A DNA stretch of 64,000 nt. Source: Candidatus Latescibacterota bacterium. Its GTDB lineage: Bacteria; Latescibacterota; UBA2968. The notes under the pieces were generated by a model. The model had not been told where the DNA came from. It did no database searches and saw only the letters and a list, made by a program, of their open reading frames with translations. Below, one piece after another: positions 57,355 to 64,000 of this stretch. Both the position numbers and the translations under genes were made by a program. Within the stretch, counting starts at the first letter, position 1. Every line of letters starts with the position of its first letter. Where the stretch lies: positions 5,280,001 through 5,344,000 of the forward strand of contig OZ242010.1 in assembly GCA_965204745.1 (NCBI GenBank), given 5' to 3'.

Positions 57355-57395
57355 AAAAAAGTGCCCCGGCGATGTTTTGCCGGGGCACTTTTTTT
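57355..57395. terminator. Bidirectional intrinsic terminator
   Basis: aaaaaagtgccccggc-gatgtttt-gccggggcacttttttt. Confidence 0.9.
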
Positions 57396-57427
57396 GTCAC
57401 CGTCGAGGGTTTAATCCGCGCCATCCC

Positions 57428-59989
57428 TTAATCCGCGACAATCCGCGATCCAGACTGGAGAAACCGGCCCGTGTGGGAAGTGGGAACGCGGGTGATCGCT
57501 TCGGGGGTGCCCGTGGCGACGATGTGCCCGCCGTTTTCGCCGGCGTCGGGGCCGAGGTCGATGATCCAGTCGGCGCGTTTGATCACGTCGAGATTGTGCT
57601 CGATGACGAGCGCGGTATTGCCGCGATCCACGAGGCGGTCGAGCACTTCGATGAGCACGCGGATGTCGTCAAAGTGCAAGCCCGTGGTGGGTTCGTCGAG
57701 CAAGTACAGGGTCTTGCCCGTGGCACTGCGCGCCAGTTCAGTGGCGAGTTTCACGCGCTGTGCCTCGCCGCCGGACAATGAGGTGGCCGCCTGCCCCAAG
57801 CGCAAATAGCCCAGGCCCACGGCTGCGAGGGAGTTGAGGTGTCGCTGTGCGGCGGGAATGTTGCGGAAAAAGGACTGCGCCTGCGCGACGGTCATGTTCA
57901 ACGCGTCGGCGATGGAACTGCCCTTGTACCGGACCTCGAGGGTTTCCCGGTTGTAGCGCGTGCCCGCGCAGGTGTCGCAAGTGACGAACACATCGGGCAA
58001 GAAGTGCATCTCGATGCGGCGCACCCCATCGCCCTGACAGGCTTCGCACCGCCCGCCCTTCACATTGAAACTGAACCGGCCCGCGCCATAACCGCGCACT
58101 CGGGATTCGGGCAGTTGCGCGTACAGGTCGCGGATGGCGGTGAACGCGCCGGTGTACGTGGCGGCATTGGATCGCGGGGTGCGCCCAATGGGCGATTGGT
58201 CGATGCGGATGACCTTGTCGAGTTGCCCCATGCCCTCTATTGCGCGATGGGGCAGGGGGTCTGCATTCGCGCGGTGAAAATGCCGGGCGAGCGCGGGATA
58301 CAGGGTTTGGTCGATGAGCGAACTCTTGCCGGAGCCGGACACGCCGGTGACGCACACAAAAACGCCCAGTGGAATATCCACCTCCACGTCTTGCAAATTG
58401 TGCCCACGGGCGCCCCGAATCGAGAGATGGCCGTGCGGTTGGCGCGCATCCGGAGGCGGGGGAATGGTCTTGCGCCCCGAGAGATAATCGCCGGTGAGGG
58501 ATCGTTCATCGGCCATCACGGTTCGCGGCGCACCCTTTGCGATCACCCGGCCCCCGTGTTCGCCCGCGCCCGGCCCGAGGTCGATGAGATAATCGGCCAT
58601 TTCCATGGCTTCGCGGTCGTGCTCGACCACGATGACCGAATTGCCCAAATCGCGCAGATTGCAAAACGCTTTGATGAGTTTGCGATTGTCGCGGGGGTGC
58701 AGGCCAATGCTCGGTTCGTCGAGCACGTACAGGACGCCAACGAGGCGCGTGCCGATTTGCGTTGCCAAGCGGATGCGCTGAAATTCGCCACCGGAAAGCG
58801 TGGTTGCCCTGCGGTTGAGCGCGAGATACCCCACGCCCACATCTGCGAGAAAGCCGAGGCGGCTTTCGATTTCGCGGATCAGGGGCGCGGCGATCTCGGC
58901 GGCATTGTCTCGCAAGTCGAGCGTTTGAAAAAACCGCCTGATCCCATCGATGGGCAGGCGGGCGATATCGGCGATGGTGCTATCGGCAAGGGTGATGGCT
59001 AGCGCCTCTGCGCGCAAGCGCGTGCCATGGCACTCGGGGCAGGTTTGATCGCGCACGCGCGAATCGGAATCGCCCGGGGCCGGATCGCTGCTAGATGGAG
59101 GCTTGCTGAATAACTCCCCGTCAGCGCCTGCGTTGGAAACCGTCCCAAGGCCATCGCAGGTCGGGCAGGCGCCATAAGGGCTGTTGAAGGAAAACAAGCG
59201 CGGTTCGATGGCGTGGATTTCAAAATGGCCCTCTGTGCAGGCAAAGCGCGTGGAGAACGTCCAGTCGCCTTTGCCGACAATGTCGAGTGTGGCCGTGCCG
59301 TCGGCCAAATCGAGCGCGGTTTCGAGCGAATCCGCGAGGCGCGAAGCCAGGTTGCCGCGCACCACCAAGCGATCCACGACCGCGTCAATGCTGTGCGCGG
59401 CGCGTTTGTCCAAGGTGATCGCACGGTCGAGCGGCAGAATCGCGCCATCCACGCGCACGCGCAGATAGCCCGCTTTTCGCAACTGCACAAAAACGCTTTG
59501 CTGCCCGCCTTTTGCATTGCGGACCAGCGGCGCGAGCACCTGAAGGCGTTGGCCTTCGGGCAAGGCGAGCACGCGATCCACGACTGCCGCGACCGTCTCT
59601 CGGACGATGACCTGCCCACAGACCGGACAATGCGGCGTGCCAACTCTGGCAAACAAGAGGCGCAAGTGGTCATAGACTTCCGTCAACGTGCCCACGGTCG
59701 AACGCGGTGTGCGGGGCATGCCGCGCTGTTGAATTGCCACCGCAGGCGAAAGACCTTCGATGCTGTCGGCATCGGGCTTGTCCATCAAATCGAGAAATTG
59801 CCGCGCGTACGCAGACAGGGATTCGACATAACGGCGTTGCCCTTCGGCGTAGATCGTATCAAAAGCCAACGACGATTTGCCCGACCCGGAAGGCCCGGTG
59901 ATCACGACCAGACAGTTGCGCGGAATGTCCAAGTCGATATTTTTGAGGTTGTGCTGCCGCGCACCGCGAATGGTGATCGTATCGCTCAT
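57428..59989 (-). CDS. uvrA: Excinuclease ABC subunit A, short variant (853 aa)
   Basis: [39 protein letters not shown] x2, [22 protein letters not shown]. Confidence 0.95.
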   Translation of the reverse strand: MSDTITIRGARQHNLKNIDLDIPRNCLVVITGPSGSGKSSLAFDTIYAEGQRRYVESLSAYARQFLDLMDKPDADSIEGLSPAVAIQQRGMPRTPRSTVGTLTEVYDHLRLLFARVGTPHCPVCGQVIVRETVAAVVDRVLALPEGQRLQVLAPLVRNAKGGQQSVFVQLRKAGYLRVRVDGAILPLDRAITLDKRAAHSIDAVVDRLVVRGNLASRLADSLETALDLADGTATLDIVGKGDWTFSTRFACTEGHFEIHAIEPRLFSFNSPYGACPTCDGLGTVSNAGADGELFSKPPSSSDPAPGDSDSRVRDQTCPECHGTRLRAEALAITLADSTIADIARLPIDGIRRFFQTLDLRDNAAEIAAPLIREIESRLGFLADVGVGYLALNRRATTLSGGEFQRIRLATQIGTRLVGVLYVLDEPSIGLHPRDNRKLIKAFCNLRDLGNSVIVVEHDREAMEMADYLIDLGPGAGEHGGRVIAKGAPRTVMADERSLTGDYLSGRKTIPPPPDARQPHGHLSIRGARGHNLQDVEVDIPLGVFVCVTGVSGSGKSSLIDQTLYPALARHFHRANADPLPHRAIEGMGQLDKVIRIDQSPIGRTPRSNAATYTGAFTAIRDLYAQLPESRVRGYGAGRFSFNVKGGRCEACQGDGVRRIEMHFLPDVFVTCDTCAGTRYNRETLEVRYKGSSIADALNMTVAQAQSFFRNIPAAQRHLNSLAAVGLGYLRLGQAATSLSGGEAQRVKLATELARSATGKTLYLLDEPTTGLHFDDIRVLIEVLDRLVDRGNTALVIEHNLDVIKRADWIIDLGPDAGENGGHIVATGTPEAITRVPTSHTGRFLQSGSRIVAD

Positions 59990-60051
59990 ATCTCAAAATA
60001 GCCGAACCGCGCAAAAAATCAACCGCGTCGTATCGGCCTTCGGAAATTGCC

Positions 60052-60080
60052 TTGACATCGCAAAAATTATTTATTAGCAT
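60052..60080 (+). promoter_or_regulatory. Sigma-70-type promoter
   Basis: TTGACA-17 bp-TAGCAT. Confidence 0.6.
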
Positions 60081-60223
60081 AAAATTCGCTTTGTTTGGAT
60101 CCGTAAGGAGATATGGACGATAGCCTGCTCGTTCCCCTGCCTCTGGCTGTAAAAGTCCTACATCGCGCCTAATTAGACTTGGAAACCGGATCGTCGTTTT
60201 CGCCTTTTAACAGGAGCTTTGCA

Positions 60224-63200
60224 ATGCGTAAAGTCGGCACAGGCATTCTTTGGGTCATCACGATTTTGATGTTGTCGTCGGTGACTGTGTTCAACCCGGG
60301 GCAGGTGACGGATTTTTTCGTCACGCTTTTCAATATCAAACCGAGCATTCCCGAGCTCAAGCCCATCGAGATTTCGGAACGCGACCGCGAGATTCGGACC
60401 GTTGTCGAGTCCATTGCCCAAGAAGACGTGCGCCAAGTCATCGCGGACCTCTCGGCGATGGGATCGCGGGTGCCGGGCTATGCGGGGCATCGGCAGGCGT
60501 TTGAATACGTCAAACGGCAGTTTGAACAAATCGGTCTGGAAAACATCCAAGTCGAAGAACACCTGGTCACGGTGCCCATCGACAAAGGCGCGGCCCTTAC
60601 CCTGACGGAAACCGGCGAAAAAATCGAGATTTACGGGTTCTGGCCGAACCACGTTCAAACGCCTTCCATCCCCGGGGCCGGGGTTTCTGGCCCCCTGATT
60701 TACGGAGGCAAGGGGGCGTTTTCAGAACTCAATGGCAAACGGGTTGAAGGCAGCATCGTGTTGATGGATTTCGATTGCGACCAAGGATATCTCAGCCCGC
60801 GCATGCTCGGCGCGCAGGCGATTTTGTTTTACGACAATGGGCGCGTCACCCGAGGGCAAGCGATAGACAAGTTCTTGCCGGTGCCGGTTGACGTGCCCCG
60901 GTTCTGGGTGGAGAAAGCCGACGCGATGCGCCTGCTCGAGATGGCCGAAACCCAATCGCCAGAAGTGCATTTGACGTCGCGGATGGACTGGGAAGAAGTC
61001 CCGGCGTGGAACATCTTTGCCACCTTGCCCGGCTCGGATACGTATATCACCGAGCGCGAAGAGCGCAAGTGGAAGGATCAGCAAATCGCGTTGAGCGCGT
61101 TTTACGACGCGATTTCAGTCGTGCCCGCAATCGCGCCGGGCGCCGAGAACGCCTCGGGCATGGCCGCGCTGTTGCACGCGGCGAAAATCCTCAAGCGGCA
61201 TCCGCCGAAATACTCCGTGACCTTTTTGGCGACTGGCTCGCACTTTCAGGGCTTGGCCGGCATCAACGATTTCGTGTATCACCACGCGCGCGAAAGCGAC
61301 CACTTCCGCGACAAAATTCCGGATAGTTTGTCCGCCGAGGGCGCGTATCTCGACGGGGAGTTCATTCACCGAGACAGCGAGGATTTCGAGGAGCTCATCC
61401 CGGACAGTTACAAGATCGACTTTCGGTTGTTCGTGGGCTTGGACTTGTCGAGCGAATCCGACCAGTTGGCGAGTTTTTCGCACGGCACGTTTAACAACCC
61501 CAACTGGCAGACCGACAATTATCTGAACAATTTGCTCGCGCCTTATGCGGACAAGTTCGACAAGTACATGGCCAAGGTTTTTCCCGGAGAGGAAAACCGG
61601 CATGTGGATGCCATCGCCCCGCCCAAGCGCACCTGGAAAAATTTCATGCCCATTCGCATGGGCTTCGACAGCGAGGCGGTCACGTTTGTGGGCAAAGAGG
61701 GCATTACCCTGGCCACGCCCTCGACCGTGCGTCGATTTGTCGATACGCCCATCGACCAGGTGGAGCGCGTCAACATGGACAATTTGACGCGCCAAGTGCA
61801 AACCGCGGTTGCGGCGATGATGAAGGCCGGCGAGGATGCCGAGTTTTTCAGGGTGTCCAAGCTCAAGTTGCAAGACCGCGGGCACAGCTTGTCCGGGCGC
61901 GTGTTGTGGTTTGACCGCAATGTGGATTTCGCCTTGCCCCGCGTGCCGGTGCCGGGCGCCGTGGTCACGTATCGGCAACCGGGCAATGTGCCGAGTTGTG
62001 CGGGCGTCCGCACCTTGATCATCGACAAGACCACGCGCGGGCCGATTTACGATGTCGATAAATTGGCGGGCGGCAGGACCGATGTGGATCCCAACTTGTT
62101 TGGCAAAGAGGAGCGCGTCAAAGAAACCGGGGTGTTTTCCTTCGACATTATGCGGAACCGCTTTACCAATCGCATTTTGTCCTACGACATTGACGAGGAG
62201 GGCAGAATCACGTCCGCGCCGGATATGGGGTCCGAAGGCGAGGACAAGTTCCCCTTGCTCCAGCGGTATGGCTGGTGGGAAAACGAAATGATAACGGTGT
62301 TGTTCAAGTGCCGCTCCATCAGCGTTTTTGAAATCATCGACTCGAGTTATTTGTCCGCGCTCGATTTTATGACCGTGCTCAACGAGAACGACACCACGCC
62401 CCTGGAATTTGGCAACACGTACTTGCCCGGGCAAAGCACCAAAGAGGGCGATGTGACGCGCGCCGCGGTGACATTTGCGCGCATCGATGAAGTCACGGGC
62501 GAGGCCGAGCGCCTGAAGGTGTTGATGAGCACGGGCCTGTTTGGGGTGAAGTACTTGCTGATCAACGCGCCGCAGGAATTTTTGGACACGCCGATTGACA
62601 AGAGCCAAGTGAATCCCACGCTCTTGGAAGAGGCGCGGGGCGAGGGCTACGCGCCCGGGGTCATTTTCCGACCCTCGTATCAGGCGGCGCGAGATATGTG
62701 GGTCATCGACGACGTGCGGATGAAACAACTCGCGCAATTCGGCATTGAGAACAACCGCCTCACCCTGTTGCACAACAGCGCGCGCGAGGCCCTCCTCGAA
62801 GCCCGCCAATACCTGGAAAATTTGGATTACGAAGGCTTTATGGCCGCTTCGCGGCGCGCCTGGGGCCTCGAGGCACGCGGGTACCCAGAGGTGATGGCAA
62901 CGGCCAACGACACGGTGCGGGGCATTATTTTTTATTTTATTTTGCTGCTCCCGTTTTCGTTTTTCTGCGAGCGGTTGTTGATCGGCGCGTCGAGCATTAC
63001 GGCGCGCTTGAGTTGGTTCGCCGCGTTTTTCATATTTTTCTTCATCGTGTTGCGCTTCGTCCACCCGGCCTTTCAGCTGAGCAATTCCCCGTACATCATC
63101 TTTCTCGCATTTGTGATCATGGCCTTGGGCGGGGTGGCCATGGTCATCGTGGTGTCCAAATTCGGGGACGAAGTTCGCAAGATGAAACAGGCTTCTGCCG

Positions 63201-64000
63201 GCACGTACGAAGCGGACGTGGGGCGCATCAGCGCGACGTCGGCCGCGGTCGTGCTGGGGATTTCCAACCTGCGGAAGCGGCCCATGCGAACCGGGTTGAC
63301 GGCGATTACCCTCACCTTGTTGACGTTCACAACCCTGTCCTTTACGTCCGTGCAAACGTCCCTGAAATTTTACAAATTGCCCCGCGACAACGAGCCGTCT
63401 TACCAAGGGGCATTGGTGCGCGACCGGTCGTGGCGCGGCATGCAGGAATCCGTGCTCAACTACTTGCACAGCGCGTTTGAGGGCCGCGCGGATATCGTGC
63501 CGCGGTCGTGGTATTTGTCGCAGGTGCGCGGGGAACGCGCTTACGTGAATTTTTCGCGCGTGACCGAGGCCACCGCAGATATGGGCCCCAAAGAGATTTA
63601 CGCGGATTTCGACGTGGGCATCACCACGGGCAAAGACAGCTTTGTCAACGCGCTATTGGGCCTCACCCCGGACGAAACCAAAATCACCGGCGCGGATCGG
63701 TATTTGATGAGCGGGCGGTGGTTCCAGCCCGGGGAGGAGTTCGTCTGCTTGTTGCCCAATGACTTGGCGGAACTCGTGGGGATTTTCCCGGAAGACGCGG
63801 GCACGGCGAAAATCGAAATGCAGGGGCAGATTTTTACCGTGATCGGCATTCTCGATTCCGAGGCGTTTAATAAGTTCAAGGATTTGGACGACGAAAAGCT
63901 GACCCCGGTCGATACGGTGAAGGAAAAAGACGACTTGGCAGACGCGCAAGACCAAGACCCGCGCGTGGTCGCCGCCGCGCCTATCGAAACCTTTACGCAT
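60224..64000 (+). CDS. Large membrane protein, 3' truncated by the window: M28 peptidase-like/PA domain fused to an FtsX/MacB-like permease region
   Basis: SD caggag. Segments translated by eye stay in frame to the window end. SRVPGYAGH, SAFYD...APGAENASG, TM block at ~62920-63150, SNLRKRPMRTGLT, LDDEKLTPVD. Confidence 0.8.
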   Translation, partial: MRKVGTGILWVITILMLSSVTVFNPGQVTDFFVTLFNIKPSIPELKPIEISERDREIRTVVESIAQEDVRQVIADLSAMGSRVPGYAGHRQAFEYVKRQFEQIGLENIQVEEHLVTVPIDKGAALTLTETGEKIEIYGFWPNHVQTPSIPGAGVSGPLIYGGKGAFSELNGKRVEGSIVLMDFDCDQGYLSPRMLGAQAILFYDNGRVTRGQAIDKFLPVPVDVPRFWVEKADAMRLLEMAETQSPEVHLTSRMDWEEVPAWNIFATLPGSDTYITEREERKWKDQQIALSAFYDAISVVPAIAPGAENASGMAALLHAAKILKRHPPKYSVTFLATGSHFQGLAGINDFVYHHARESDHFRDKIPDSLSAEGAYLDGEFIHRDSEDFEELIPDSYKIDFRLFVGLDLSSESDQLASFSHGTFNNPNWQTDNYLNNLLAPYADKFDKYMAKVFPGEENRHVDAIAPPKRTWKNFMPIRMGFDSEAVTFVGKEGITLATPSTVRRFVDTPIDQVERVNMDNLTRQVQTAVAAMMKAGEDAEFFRVSKLKLQDRGHSLSGRVLWFDRNVDFALPRVPVPGAVVTYRQPGNVPSCAGVRTLIIDKTTRGPIYDVDKLAGGRTDVDPNLFGKEERVKETGVFSFDIMRNRFTNRILSYDIDEEGRITSAPDMGSEGEDKFPLLQRYGWWENEMITVLFKCRSISVFEIIDSSYLSALDFMTVLNENDTTPLEFGNTYLPGQSTKEGDVTRAAVTFARIDEVTGEAERLKVLMSTGLFGVKYLLINAPQEFLDTPIDKSQVNPTLLEEARGEGYAPGVIFRPSYQAARDMWVIDDVRMKQLAQFGIENNRLTLLHNSAREALLEARQYLENLDYEGFMAASRRAWGLEARGYPEVMATANDTVRGIIFYFILLLPFSFFCERLLIGASSITARLSWFAAFFIFFFIVLRFVHPAFQLSNSPYIIFLAFVIMALGGVAMVIVVSKFGDEVRKMKQASAGTYEADVGRISATSAAVVLGISNLRKRPMRTGLTAITLTLLTFTTLSFTSVQTSLKFYKLPRDNEPSYQGALVRDRSWRGMQESVLNYLHSAFEGRADIVPRSWYLSQVRGERAYVNFSRVTEATADMGPKEIYADFDVGITTGKDSFVNALLGLTPDETKITGADRYLMSGRWFQPGEEFVCLLPNDLAELVGIFPEDAGTAKIEMQGQIFTVIGILDSEAFNKFKDLDDEKLTPVDTVKEKDDLADAQDQDPRVVAAAPIETFTH

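Noticed and set aside
1-64000. tRNA, rRNA and integrase/prophage genes
   Set aside because: None recognised by eye; a covariance-model scan would be needed to exclude small RNAs.

Overview
GC-rich bacterial chromosomal window with no rRNA, tRNA or CRISPR array seen. The mix of LRR/FN3/Calx-beta surface proteins, four PhyH-type dioxygenases, defence genes and dense intergenic repeats resembles marine sponge-symbiont genomes such as Latescibacterota/Gemmatimonadota (inference only). Left half: modular surface proteins, including a ~4150-aa GLUG/FN3/Calx-beta giant split by one extra base. That gene is preceded by an SD-led upstream ORF crossing a C17 tract and stopping exactly on its start codon, a candidate phase switch. 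Also an RND pump, NHL protein, SLC13 permease, sigma-70 factor and murD. Middle: a copper cluster (redoxin, Cu-monooxygenase-like protein, CusA, HMA chaperone), a convergent type II R-M pair, a uronate isomerase-like gene, a HAD hydrolase and a tnpB-only IS607-like element. Right: a peptide-type ABC operon interrupted by an orphan McrB-like GTPase, a RelE/XRE toxin-antitoxin pair, a uvrA lacking its insertion domain, and an M28-FtsX fusion running off the end. Best candidate for an undescribed system is 53834-57395: promoter, pseudoknot-like leader, 599-aa unknown protein, unannotated 54-aa Gly-rich peptide, second structured RNA, prokaryotic viperin, truncated nucleotide kinase, terminator. 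All calls come from reading the sequence by eye; no database searches or folding programs were run.
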